Source: Malacoraja senta
Taxonomy: Eukaryota
DNA length: 64,000 bases
Assembly (NCBI GenBank): GCA_038087875.1
Contig: CM075990.1
Span: 6,016,001 to 6,080,000 of the forward strand
Direction: 5' to 3'
Positions 23,577 through 38,500 of the stretch are shown here, piece after piece. How positions within the stretch are numbered: position 1 is the first letter of the stretch; the number at the start of each line of letters is the position of its first letter. Position numbers and translations under genes: made by a program. The notes under the pieces are model-generated. The model saw only the letters and a program-made list of their open reading frames with translations, was not told where the DNA came from and searched no databases.

Positions 23577-26500
23577 TATATAGTACATACATAAATATAT
23601 ATACATACACATATATATATGAATGCATTTGGAAAGGAAGACGTCGTTTAGGGATAGTCAACATGGATTCGTACACGGGAGATCATGCCTCACAAATTTG
23701 ATTTGAGTTTGTTTGAAGTAAACTAGAAGGTTGACAAGGGCAAGGCCACAGACGTTGTCTATATGGACTTTTGATAAATGTTCTGCATGGGAGGTTGCTC
23801 TAGAAGGTTAGATTGCATGGGATCAGGGAGAGCTAGCTGCCTGGGTATAGAATTGGCTTCACAGAGGGAAGCAGAGGGTGGTGGAAGGTTGTTATTCAGA
23901 CTGGAGGCCTGCTACTCGTGGTGTACCTCAGGGATCAGTGCCAGCATATTGCCGTTTCAGGTTTATACCAATGGTTTAGATGAGAATGTACAAGGCATGG
24001 TTAGCAAGTTTGCAGATGACACTAAAGTGGGTGGTATCGTAGACAGTGAAGAGAGTAATAAAAAATTACAGCAGGATCTTGATCGGCAGAGTGAGTGGGC
24101 TGAAGAATGGCTAATGGAGTTCAATGCAGATATGTACAATGTGTTGTATTTTGGGAAGTCAAACCAGGGCTGGACCTTCAGTGAATGGTAGGGCCCGGGG
24201 GAATGTTGTAGAGCAGAGGGATCTAGGAGTACAGGTGCACAGTTCCCCAAAATTGGTGTTATAGGTAGATAGGATGGTAAGGGTGGCTTTTGGTACATCA
24301 GCCTTCATCAGTTAGCGTACTGAGTATAGAAGTCAGGACGTTACGTTACAGTTGTAGAAGACGTTGGTGAAGCCACATTGTGAGTATTGTGATTAGTTTT
24401 GGTGACCCTGCTGTAGGAAGATGTCATTAAACTGGCACGCGTGCAGAGAAGATTTGCGAGGATGTTGCCAGGACTTAAGGGCCTGAGCTACAGAGAGAGA
24501 TGGAGAAGCTAGCACTTTATTCCATTGTGAGCAGGAGGCAAAGGGGTGATCTTACAGAGGTGTATAAGTTCATGAGGGGAATTGATAGGGTGAATGCACA
24601 GTCTTTTACAAAGGGATGGGCAATCAAGCACCACAGGTTAAGATGAAAGATGTAATAGGAACTCGAGGGGCAACTTTTAACTCAGACAGTGGTGGGTAAA
24701 TGGAATGAGCTGCCAGGGAGGTAGTTGAGACAGGTATGATAACATGTAAAAGACTCTTGGACAGATACATGGTTAGGAAAGGTTTAGAGGGAAGTGGACC
24801 AAGTTCAGGCAAATGGGACTAACTTAGATGGAACATCTTGATCAGCATGGACCCGTTTCCATGCTCTTTTGCAGCACTCTTTTTAAATGTAGGTTAGATT
24901 TCCATCAAAACTCAAGACTTGCTTTCTAAGTTAATTTGCAACATTATTTAATTGCAAGTATTAAATTTCACCCAAGTCAATGATACAATAACTTTAAAAT
25001 GAATATTAATTGTTACTCAACTTGCAACTCGATTTGTTGATAGGGTGGAGAAGAACAAGTAACACGCCTGCTCACCGAAATATCCAATTTACGACAGGAA
25101 ATTGGTTAAATCCTTGTAAGAAATAGTAGTTATTGTTACCTGCCAACAAATGGGGGATGCTCCTGGAACAGATAATGGAAATGAATCTTTCTTCATCTGT
25201 ACCCCAGGCATTTTCACCAGCCTCATAAAGAGTCTTAAAAAACAAAAACAAATATCAAGTAATGAATCACCTATACAATTCAGTTAATTCTCTCAGACAA
25301 GTGAGAAAGCTTTGCAAGCTTTGGGACGGCACATCGTGGAGCATTAGAGCTGCTGACTTAGTGCCAGAGACCTGGGTTTGATCCTGACTACGGGTGCTGT
25401 CTCTACAGAGTTTGTGCGTTCTCCCTGTGACACTCGTGGGTTTTCTCCGGGTGCTCCGGTTTCCTCCCACACTCAAAAAATGTGCAGGTTTGTAGGTTAA
25501 TTGGCTTCGGTAAAACTGTAAATTGTCCGTAGTGTGAAGGATAGCACTAGTGTATGGGGTGATCACTGGTCGGCACAGACTCGGTGGGCCGAAGGGTCTG
25601 TTTCCGTGCTGTATTTTAAACTAAGCAGTTAAATTGTCACCGACACTGAAATACAACATACTCCCATGGTAAAGCATACTTCTCAGCTTCAGTTCGATGC
25701 AATTGATATGACTAAAAAAATCTGTACCCACAAGTGATACACCATGTGTCCTTAAAGTACAATTCATATCTCCAGGCAATTGTATACCACCACAATCTTG
25801 AGGAAATTGAATCAAAGTGATTGTGAGAGCCTAAATAATTCAGAGATACAGCCTTACTACAACAGACTGTTAAGGGCCTGTCCCACTTGGGCGTCATTTG
25901 CACGTCACGCAGATGGCGCGTGAAGATTTTGTACATCCCAAAATCCTGGGGCGCCGCGCGCCACTGCCTACATCACCACGCACCATGCGCGCATCACATG
26001 CGCGTCGTGCTTCGTGGCATGTAAATGATGTTGCGTAAATGGCGCGCAAATGACGCCCAAGTGGGACAGGCCCTTTACTGTATAACAAAGAACAGCAAAT
26101 CCATTATGCCACCATGCTTCACTTGAATTTTAAAACAATAATCATAGAAGGAATTAATGTCAAATCTCTTAAGGCAGATGTGGTCAGAGGGTTAAAATAA
26201 CTATCACATAAAAATAGAAAATATGTACTTTCAGCATGGTGGCGTAGCGCTAAAGCTACTGCCATACAGCAGGATTGATCCCCGTCTACGGGTGCTTGCT
26301 GTACCGAGTTTGTACATTCTCCACGTGACCTGCGTGGGTTTTCTCCGAGATCTTGGGTTTCCTCCCACACTCCAAAGACGTATGTACAGACTTGGGTTAA
26401 TTGGCTTGGTACAAATGTAAATTGTCCCTAGTGTGTGCAGGAAGGTGTGCGGGGATCGCTGGTCGATGTGGACTCGGTGGGCCAATGGGCCTGTTTCCAC

Positions 26501-29500
26501 GTTGTATCTCTAAACTATTGTCTTAACAGACATTTGTAGGTCACTGCACACAATTGTCTGAAGTTCCAAGAATGATTAAAAAAATACAAGTGAGGAGATT
26601 TGAAGTTAAAATCATAAGGACAATCAACAAAATTAATGTTCACAAGATTTCAAATTTGTAATTGTTCTGAAAAGCAATTAGCAGCAATCAAGTTCAAAAT
26701 AAACTACTGTTAAAAAAAACTACATGCCATGGCAACACGCTCCCAACTTCATTACACAGTAATAACATCAGGATTTAAATAAGGAGTTAATTTGCCACGT
26801 TTCCAGAGACCTAATAAATTGGAAACTACAAGCCAAAGACAAAGATGATTGTAATGAAATGAGAAATTATGATCTGCTCCAAAGCATCGATGGCATTTCC
26901 TTCCACAGATGCTGCCTGATCTGTGGAGTTCCACCAGCAGTTTGTTTTAGCACTATGAAATAACGTCAACAAAAATAGACAGCAGCAGTTCCAAAAGGCT
27001 GTTTAAAAGCAATTAAGGATGAACAATAAATGCTGGCCTTTGCGAGATGCCCAGAGACCAGGAGAAAATTAAACGCCAAAGTCTAGCAGGATCAGGCAAG
27101 TAATTTAATTCAATTATTGTAGAGGTTATTTATCAATTTTTCAAGATAGTCAAGTGGCCTGTATGTCACCAAGAAATCCTGCTCAACAAAAAGACTAATT
27201 GGCATTTTAACATGTCAATGTCTAACTGGCCATCATTGAACAAATCCTGACAACCCATGAGGCTCCTTTCAATACATCACATACACAAACCAAAACCACA
27301 GTGCCTATTGTGTCTCCCAGCATCACACTGTCTATATATACCTGCCCAGGTGACAAATTGTCCACACCTACTGGAGATAGTTGGCTAGACAGGAGATAGA
27401 CTGTCTGGGTAACTGTCACTCCTCACCTTTGCATCTTCTTCTGCTTGAGATGAATCAGCGCCTGCTTCACTTCTGTTACCCTAAAAAACAGGAATGCATT
27501 TAATCTTCTGGTTTTGCTTATTTTAAATAGTGTCTGCGGCAGAAATGACAACTAGAAACTTGAAAAGACAAAAAATGAATTTAACCCAATGCTCATTGAT
27601 TAGAAAATAGAAACATAGAAAATAGGTACAGGAGGCCATTTGGCCCTTCGAGCCAGCACCGCGATACACTGTGATTAGAGTGATTCTCTGATCACAGGAC
27701 AAATAGAAACGATAGGCACGTAATTTGTTCTTTTTAGATGCACATTGATAGTCACAATAGTAGCAGAGTTGTCATTCCATAGGCAGTACTGATACTTCAT
27801 GGTGAAGACGATGAATTACGTGCAACCTTCAATGAATAAGGAATTGCGTAGGTTCACTTTGCAAAATCTATGTTTTGATAATCTTTCACAGCAGATGATT
27901 GAAAGGAGATCTACTAACAAAAATAAATCACATTCTTGCAATAAACAGAATGCAGTAGCTACAGCTGTAGGGAGTATAGTCTATGCACTTAAACATACCA
28001 GCAGGGCACGGTGGTGCAACGGTAGAGTTGATGCCTTACAGAGCCAGAGTCCCGGGTTCGATCCTGACTATGGGTGCTGTCTACACGGAGTTTGTACGTT
28101 TTCCATGTGGGTTTTCTCTGGAATCTCCAGTTTCCTCCCACACTCCAAAGACGTACAGGTTTGTAGGTTAATTGGCTTGGGATGAATGTAAATTGACTCT
28201 AGTGTGTGTGCAGCATAACGTTAGTCTGCGGGGCTCGCTGGTCAGGGGGGACCCGGTGGGCCAAAGGGCCCGTTTCCATGCTGTATCTCTAAACTCAACT
28301 CCAACTGGACTCCAAATGCAATGGCAGGAGCAGTGGGAAAAAGAAAGTATCAGCTCAATGACAAAATGTTACAGAGTTTTCACTTTTGCACAAAAGGACC
28401 AAACCTTGCACAGACAATCCTGTGGGCAAAAAACAAAACAAATGAACACTTAATGTGAATGTCTTAAACTAACCCAAACCCCAAGTGCCAGATTTCAAAC
28501 CCAAACAATTCTGCAAGGTGATGAGCAATTTTTAATTTAGGTGTTGCAGTGTGTAATTAGACGTCATGCTCTTTCATTCACTGGCCACTGTCTCACCTCT
28601 CCAGACCTATTCCCCATCAGTACAGAGCAAGGAATAGACCTGGGTCTCTACTTGGGCCATGTGAGAAAACCCAGTCAGAGTTGCAGGTCCAGGAAGGCTG
28701 AGGACCAGGAGACATGCACAACAACTGTAGTTCACTGCGCCAGCATAGAAGCAAAGATCCTATAGCGGAACAAGATGGACCACTCCTGCTAAATGCAATG
28801 GGCTGACGTGTAGTACGCAACGGAACGTGGGCCTTTTTTTCATCCATTTCCGTAACCGGACCCGACCCGACTCGCAGTGTAATCAACGTTGCGGGGGAAC
28901 AGTTTATGTTAATAAATTTAAATTCTGAAAATGAGAAGATTTTTCCCAAATAACTTATATTTTTACGAGGATGTTTCCGTAACCGGCTTCCATCTCCGCA
29001 CTAGTATCCTATGGGATCTTTGGTGTGGAGACGGAAGCCGGTTACGGAAATGGGGCCTATAATTACCCATGAATCTGCCCATGACCGTACTACGTCTTTT
29101 TCGTCGAGTGGACTATCTTGCTTGCTATAGGATCTTTGCATTGAAGTGTGGAGCCCCTACCTCAGACTTGACAAGATTAACATTACATGGAGATATTGGA
29201 ATATTAGCATGAACTGGGTTCGGCCTCAAAGGCAAAGCAAGGGTCATTAAAAACCAGCATACTTCCTCAGGCTCAGATGATTAAAGGAAAATTAAATCTT
29301 CAGTCAGAATGGTTTTGATGCAAGTAACGAATACACAACTCTAATTGAAGTAATAATTTGTAAACACTTGGAGGTTTTAAAGATTTAGATGCCCCAAGGC
29401 ACCTGTTGGAAACATTGTCACATGGAGATGTTAAGAACAAAAAAAGTCCAAAAGCCTGCTCAAAAAAGGTACATTTTAAAGAACATAATTAAACAAAAAC

Positions 29501-32500
29501 ATTATGCAGGAGCTGGAAATCCTTGTTCTCCGACTCAGACTGGATCCTGCAGTGGCTACCTAACCTGATGAGCATTTTCAGAATGTTTTTGTAGATTGAG
29601 GAGCCACTTTAAACAATATCTGAGTTGGATGGCAAAACCCATGTCTGATGCACAAGAAACTGGAGACCTCAAATGGTGTAAATCAGAAAACTCAGGAGAG
29701 AGAAGGCCATGGATATTATAATAGCAGCTGTGAACCAGTGTTCTGCTGAGGAGTTTCAAGGAAGAACGTTCCCAGTGGAATTAATGCTCCTCCATCAACT
29801 TGGGAAAGGCTAGTTAGAAAAACAGTCCTAAAGATAAGTAATTCTTCATTTCCCTCCACAGATGCTGCCTGACTTGCCGACTTCCCCCAGCACTTTGTTT
29901 TTTGCTCACTATCGCATAAGGGGTAAAATTCATATTTCTTCCATTTATTCACCTAATATTTCCTGTTCCACTTGCCAAGTGCAGTATCAGATTTCACAAC
30001 TAATCTCTTCACTTTATAATTTTGGCTTATCAAAATGGCGAGTCTAGGGGATTAAGCAATGAGAAAAAGGCCACAACATCAAATTCTTAAAATCCACAGA
30101 TTAATTAACAGCAGCAGTCAAACTTATAGTGCAAGTTATAATGTTTCAATCACTTCACCTCATCGTTTCTACCTTTAAAAGGCATTCAGGCCTCTTCTTC
30201 CAACTGTCATTGTTCTCTACAACTCAGTCCTCCATTTATGCTATCCAAGATTTTACCCATCATTAGACCAGCCTTTTTCCATTCAGGTCTTCCAAATTCC
30301 AAATCTGCTTGAACAACTTAATTTGTGACTAAGCATTTGGTCCATGGTCTTAAAATCTCATGCGACTTCAATTGCCTTTCAGCAATTCTCATGGTGGCGC
30401 AGCAGTGGGGTTGCTGTCTTACAGGGCACAGAGACCTGGGTTCGATCCTGACTACGGATGCTGTCTGTAAGGAGTTTGTACGTTTTCCCCGTGACCGCAT
30501 GAGTTTTCTCCGGGAGCTCCGGTTTCCTCCCATGTTCCAAGTGGCTTCTGCAAATTGTCCCTTGTGTGCAGGAAGGAACTGGTTAGTGTCTGGGTGATTG
30601 TGGTTAGTGTCTGGGTGATTGTGGTTAGTGTGGACTTGGTGGGCTGAAGGGCCTGTTTCCATGCTGCATCTCTAAACTAAAATCCATGAGATGCCTTGGG
30701 ATATTTTTACCACCTGAAAGATGTATAGCAGCTATAAACTGTGGATTGCTATGGTGACAACAAATTGCCCAAAACATTAAAAGAAAAAAATAATGGACAT
30801 TAGTGTATCATGTCAAAACCAAATTTACAACTGGGATGTATTTTCTTGAAACACACAATGTTTCATTAGATCAGGTCCTTGCACAAACAATAGAATGATG
30901 AACATATTCAGACATTCAACATGGAATAAAACAAAAAAAATATATACCTGAACTAGGGAAACCAGAACTCGTTCAAAATAACCTGATGTGTCGGAGGTGA
31001 GGTCCTCTTCCAAATCAGATTCAAAGTCTGGAAAATAAAACAATATTGGTTATGAAAATTCTCAGAAATACCCCCACAATTAAAATGTGGATTATAGAAA
31101 TGACGGAGACCTTACACTTGGAAAGAATTAGACTTGTCCTGTTGGACAAACAGGAACTATTCGTCGGAACATGGTCTCTTTATTGACTATTTAAAGGGTC
31201 AGAATGGTTCAGCACAAGAACCTGACTAACACCCGTGCCAAGGAATAGATGAAAGGTTATACTCTGAAATGTACGAATATATCTCGAACGAAGTTTTTTA
31301 TCGTAGTAAATTATTCCATTCTTCTTTATTATCTTTTTTTTTTTTTGTTTTGTTTTTTGTTTCTTCTCTTTTTTCTCTTTCTTTCTTTATTTCATCTATA
31401 TCTTTTTAGTTCTATTTAGTTTTAAAAAAAATTTTTTTTTTAAAGTATTGGAGACATTGTAATAATAATGGACGATATTAGTAATTTAAAAACGTAAGAC
31501 TGGTATCGATTTTAATATGATATGTATCTACCTCCAATAAAAAATAATTTCACAAAAATTCTCAGAAATGACCAAACTGGCAAGTAACCGACACGTGTAT
31601 TCTAGACAGACAGTTGGCTTAATGAGAGCAATTTAAATATTTTTCCAGAAAATTAGAGGCTGTAATGTACCGGAAGCTAAAGTTGTCACCGGATAGAAAT
31701 CCAAGAGAGAATGTAGGACATACAACCATAAGACATAGGAGCAGAATCAGGCCATTCGGCCCAACGCATCAGCTTCACCATTCTATCATGGCCAATCTAG
31801 TTTTCCTTTTTAACCCCATTCTCCTGTCTACTCTCTGTAATCTTTGATCCTCTTACTAATCAAGAACCTATCAATCAATTAAACAAAATCTTGTGGGGAG
31901 AAAAGCTTGAAGGAATATGAACTATGGCACAGACGGATAAAAATGGTCTGTGTTAGTCATAGAGCCATAATGCATGGAAACAGGACCTTTGGCCCAACTC
32001 ATCCACGTCATCCCATACAAGATGTGTAGGAAAGAACTGCAGCTGCTGGTTTAAATCGAAGGTAGACACAAAATGCTGGAGTAACTTCAGTCTGAAGAAG
32101 GGTCTCGATCCGAAACATCACCCATTCCTTCTCTCCAGAGATGCTGCCTGTCCCACTGAGTTACTCCAGCATTTTGTGTCTGCCCCATACAAGATAGTCC
32201 CATTTAGCCAAAGTCCAAAGGAGATGTGCGCAGCGAGGTTTCTAACCAAGATGTTCCAGTGGGAAGATAGATACTGAAAATTGTGGAATAAATATTCAAA
32301 TAACTTAATGATAAAGTTAAAATAGGAAGAAAATAGAAATTAATGGATAAGTTTAACATCAAGCCAGAAACCCTTTCTGCCTATTATAGGCTGTGGTATA
32401 AGAAAGGGGAAAAACTGGTGTGCAGTTAAAACCTAGAGAATAGAAAGCATGAACCAATAACTACTGCCCTCAAGGAAATTTGCAATTCTTATTCCAATCT

Positions 32501-35500
32501 GATTTTCAGCTACAAAACTGCTACAATAATGATCTCAAGGGACAAGTCACTCAGTCAGCTGCTGAGAAACATAGTCAGCACACAAGGCAAACATAGTCTT
32601 CAGAATCTAAGGAGAAAAATAATGACTTCCCTAACTTCACATGTTACATAATGGTTTATGAGATGTTTCAAAAATCATGGTTTCATGGTTCAAAAATCAA
32701 ACCCAGACCCAAACTCAATTTAGCCTGTTCAGTCATCCAGGATTCAAAATAGGAGTTATAGGAACAGGAAACCTCTCCTTACAATAACATGGCCTTTGGC
32801 TAGTACAGGTAGTTCTGCTAGAATACGCGTTACCACAACACAAATAACAAATTAGGGAACACAATTTGCATATGCGGGCCAAATTAGTTATAACACAATA
32901 TTGTTCGGGAACTAGGTACCACTTATGTTGGAAACTGAGAAGTAGACATAGAAAGCTGTCTTAGATTTACGCAGAACAGAGGGGATATAATTTCCACATA
33001 GTAATCAGACACCACTGTCTCTTAAGCGCGCAACTGCTACTTTAACCATGGGTGGCTTTTGAAATTAACAAACAATCGCTTCTATTAATAAATAGTCTGA
33101 AGAAGGGCCTCGACCCGAAACGTCGCCCATTCCTTCTCTCCAGAGATGCTGCCTCACCCGCTGAGTTACTCCAGCATTTTGTGTCTACCTTCACCTGAAT
33201 GGATACTTGTGCAACAATACTATGTAGCATTCAGCTTCTATTTAAAAAAGACCTTCATTTTTGTAAGGAAGATAGACGCAAAAAGCTGGAGTAACTCCGC
33301 GGGTCCAACTTTACATCATTTTTGTAAGCCCTGCCGGAAAAATACCTTTGTTATAGAGTCTGAAGCTGTAGCTCCAAATTCCCTTTTTCCCCCATGTCTT
33401 TATGGTATGAAATTTTATAACACATGGTTTCTTAGGAATGCTTTTAGTAGAACTATCCACATCTCAAAGATTTTTTGATGAAAATCAAACAGCTCATGCC
33501 CTCTTCAGCTTTCTGCTCCCTTGCCTCCCACAATCAGCCTGAAGGGAACTGAAACAACACCTGTCTATGCTCTTCAGAGATGCTGCCTGACCTGCTGAGT
33601 TATGCCAACATTTTGTCATTTGTGATAAACCAACATCTGCAGTTCCTTGTTTCCACAACTCATGATAGAAAAGCTTTGGATCTTTCTTGCAATATTAGTG
33701 ATAAAAAGAAAAATGCAGCTCAATTCACCAGATTTTAGTCAATTCTCCTGTGCGCCCATCTTTTCTTAAACCATTGTGCCAAAAGTTGGGTATTTACAAT
33801 TGATTAGACTTTTTTTTTTAAAACTTCCAATGGCCATAGTGTTAGCATACCTTCTTTATAAACTTCCACAATCCTGTGGATTTCGTCATTATTGCGAGAT
33901 GCTAAGATTTCAACCAGGACGCCCTCAGATGTCCCAGCACCCTGAGGAAAACAAACAATTAAGGAATCATACTCTAGATTGAAGACAAAATATGGCCATC
34001 GTTCAGTCATCCCATGAACGTGCACAGGAAATGCACATTAGCAAATGTCCCAAAAGCCTTTCTCCAAATTCTTGGTATGAATGCACAAATTGGGATAGGA
34101 TTTCAGACCAGTTGTCAAGGCATAAACCTCACTAGAATAATGCTTTACCTCAGTTACCCTTGGTCACCACCTGTCCAGACAGAGAAAGTCTGAAAGACCA
34201 AAAAAGTAGATCACATTACTCCAGTTCTGAGGTCTTTACACTGGCTTCATGTCTGTCAAAGAATTGATTTCAAAATACTACTGTTGGTTTACAAAGCACT
34301 GAATGGTTTAGGGCCAAAATACATTTCTGATCTTCCGCTTAGCTACGAACCACCCAGACCTCTCAGATCATCTGGGACAGGTCTGCTCTGTGTCCCCAGA
34401 GTCAGAACTAAACATGGAGAGGCAGCATTTATATTTTATGCACCACATATCTGGAACAAACTCCCAGAAAACTGCAGGTCTGCTGCAACTCTCAGCTCTT
34501 TTAAATCTAGACTGAAGACTTTTCTGTTTGCCGCTGCCGTTCAGTAAACAATACAATTTATTAATTACCTATACTGCACTGTAACTTCTATTCCTGGTTT
34601 TATTCTATTTTAAATATTTTATTTGATTGCTTTAATTTTGTAATTATTTTATCTGAATAATCTAATAATCATTTTATAATTAAATGTCATTTTATATGTG
34701 TTTCTTTCAAATGCTTTAAATGTTTTATGTAAAGCACTTTGAATTACCTTGTGGTTGAAAGGTGCTATACAAATAAACTTGCCTTGCCTTGCCTTGCCTT
34801 GAAATCCCAAATCTTGAATCATCTGATTTTCAAATCCTGTTCATTCCAATAGTCTATTGCCACAGAAGGCTGTGGAGGCCAAGTCAATGGATATTTTTAA
34901 GGCAGAGATAGATTCTTGATTCGTACAGTGTCAGGGGTTATGGGGAGAAGGCAGAGAATGGGGTTAGGAGGGAGAGATAGATCAGCCATGATTGAATGGT
35001 GCAGTAGACTTGATGGGCTGAATGGCCTAATTCTGCTCCTATCACTTTTGACCTCCACTTTTCTGTGAGGTATAAATGAGAGTGGGTCAATGCATACACC
35101 AGCTGGGCAGCAGAAGCAGCTTAAAGATGACCCGATGCAGGTGTACAAAATTTAGGGGTACAGACACATTTTGGACAGCAAGATTTTTTTTTAAACAACA
35201 GACTTCCAAAACCAGAGGGTTACAGAGAGGGGGAAAGAATCAGAATACAGTTGACTCTGGAACTGCCTGAGGTAGTAGATACAGGACCAATACCAACATT
35301 TTAGTAGCTAGATGAGCACTTGCATTGCCAAGGCAACAAAGAGAACAGGTGAAGGGCTGATAAACGGGATTAGTGCAAATGGGACATGGTAGGATGGGGG
35401 ACTTGTGTTGCTTGATTCTATGACAAATATCAGTTCTTCCCCATATTTTGTCACCCAACCTTCAAAATTAAACCCTTATCAAGCAGATGCTATATTTCAC

Positions 35501-38500
35501 AGGTGCCTGAATAATCCGATATCAGGCCAGGCTCTCCCTCAGATTGCCCTGATGTCATACAGTCTGGGTACCATAATGTAACAGTTATAATGAAGTGCTG
35601 GATAACTAGTGTTTCTTTGGATGGAGTGAAGTAGCAAAGTTTACCGATACTTATTGAAGTGCAGCAAGTTATGATCATTATGGAATCTTTTAATAACTCA
35701 AATACTATTAACTGGAGCTTCTACCTTATTGATTTTGGCCAACGGGCAAAGACATTCCCCGATCTACCTGCCTCTTATATACTCCGACAGTTTATTCATG
35801 TTCAGATGATGGGAAAAGACTGTAAGCAACTCCCTCAGTATTCAATTAGATCAAAGTCATAAATCTGCCTGTGGCTAAATGCAAAACTATTGGAATGTGT
35901 TAAAAGAAGAAAAAGTTTTAAAAGGAACTGCCACTGTACCATAAGTATAGACACCATGAGAGAAAGGGTACAGACAATCTAATTATATGGTTGAGGCAGC
36001 CAGTCGATGAAAAGAAATGCATTTGTCTGGTGGATGGCAGATTTACTCGGGAATGCATTATGTTCCCTCGCATTAAACCACTGATGTGCACATCTACCGT
36101 TATTTGACCTTGTGTACAGACAAATTATAGGAATTCCAGGTGGAGATCGATGTACGGGGTCACAGAACTAAAGTTCCATGTGCTGAGAAAGAGACACGTA
36201 CAATTAACTTGTAGCCATTAATCAAACTGCAGGTCTTCTAGCCATTACTCACCGTAGCGATACACAAAGCTACACACCATCTCCTTGGTAAGGAAGCAGA
36301 TGTGAAACGAGCAGTTACATCAGTGAACAACAGTAAAGGGCCTGTCCCACTTTAACAACCTAATTCACGACCTCTGCCGAGTTTGCCCTTGACTCATACT
36401 CGCAGCATGGTCGTCACGAGGTCGTAGGAGGTCGTAGGTAGGTTGTGATGCTAGTCATAGGTACTCGTGGCATCAAGTAGGTCGGGGCGTTTTTCTAGCC
36501 TGATGAAAAATGTCCACGAGTAAAAAAGGTCGTGAATTAGGTCGTGAAAGTGGGACAGGCCCTTAATCAAGACATTCCAAGGCATAGACTGGAAGATTTA
36601 AAAAACTTCCATATTTTTGACCACAGCCCCTTTCATGGAGACCTTCACGGCAAAAATAATGAGACATCTTCAGGGGAGCAGGTTGCGCTTAGACAGAAAG
36701 CAGTGAGACACCGTTCTCAAGGTTCTGCATTCAATTCCAGAAATTATTGATCAAGATCTGAAATAGTTTCTTTGCTTCTACACCCATTACCAGTATTGTG
36801 CTTGCTGACAAAATAGTGTTGGTATGCATAATCATTCCTTGCCATTGGTGTCTTTGGCAGATCAGCATCCTATAAACTGCTTAAGCTGTTTAAGTGACTG
36901 ACGTCCTAACTTAATGAATAGATATTTTTAAATTAAACTTTAGCAAATTGCAATTTTACAAATTCTAAAAAAATTTACAATAGAGTTTTAAAACTGTTTA
37001 GAAGTGCCAGCACATACCACTACAAATAAATAAGCAATTACTCAGGATTCCATTCACAACATTTGTCTGCGAAATTTCACTTAATTTCAAAGCCTCGTGT
37101 GCGTGCATCAAAACTTGCACACTCAGCCAGCCATTTAACGTATTTTGGTGTTCAAAAGGGTGAAGAGCAGATCCCAAGATCTAAAACTTAGCCAGGGAGT
37201 GGAGGGACAGAACGACACCGCCAATCACTCAGTTATGCATTGAGTACAATTGGAAAGTGAAATTGGAAGAAGATGTGAATCTATGAAGATGTTTGGGCCC
37301 AAAGCAATTCTTGTAATGATGCCCTGGGACTGGGACGGTTGGAATCCAGCAACTACAAGCTCTGCAAGGCACGACTAACTTTAGGGAGCAATTTCCCCCG
37401 GATGCCCACAAACCTCAGTTTCACCAGGGGGTTCTCATTGTCACACTTGGTCAAACGCCAATTTGATGTTGAGGGCAGTCACTCTAACCTCACCAACTCA
37501 GCTTTTATTGTTGGACCAACTCCAATTAGGTATGGTGCAGTTATCCACACAACTCACATTTTCCAGGGGTTTGTGACTGTCAAGTGTTACCTGCTCAGCA
37601 ATGTGGGCTACACTTTCCACCACTCTGTTATCGACCAAATGCAGACTAATTGGGAGTTTAGCTGTAAAAATGGGGTATAGAGCAAAACAAAGTGAATAGT
37701 TAGATCTCAAACCGGATGTTGAGCAGCCAGGTTGTTGTCAGCAAAACAATGTGCTGAAGTAACTCAGCAGGTCAGGCTGCATCTCTGGAGGGAATGAACA
37801 GGCAACGTTTCGGGTTGGGTGCCCGAGATTGATGGATGGATTCTAGTTTGTGTGAATAAGACGTACTTGGCCAACTGATCACACATGTAAAGTTGCAGTT
37901 ACCTTTATGGCATCATGCAATTCCTTGGCATCATAGCGATGGGGAGGAAGCAGGAGAGCTACAATTAGTGACTCAAACGTTCCAGACAGCTCGGACTTCA
38001 GATCATCGACCAGGTCCTGTAGGAGCAAAGATGACAGATGAGTACTGTGGCAAAACAAAATAGCAGCATAATGTCTAGAACAGAGCCAGCATTTCAGATT
38101 ATTCAGCCCAATTATATTCTATTTTACCTTAATCGGGATGCAGATATGCAGTACTCTTACTCCCTTACTGCCCTGCAAAAGCATCAATATAATTTGCCTC
38201 TATCCCTACCCCAGAGCCAAGCATGATGACCACCTAACCAATCTAAAGAGATTTAATGTCACAGAAATGTTTTGCATGGACATCTGCTTGACTCAGAATT
38301 GGAGGAAGAGATTATTCCAGAAGCAATACTTCCACTTGAGCACTAGGGTGGCGCTGCGAGCGGCAGCCTCGCCAGCAGCCCTTCTGTCCTTTCGCCTTTT
38401 TTTGTTATTTTTAGTGCGTCTAAATGTATGATTTAATGCTTCTCGGTATGTTTTACGTGGAGGGTGGTGGGGGGGGGAAACTGTTTTCAGTCACTTACCG

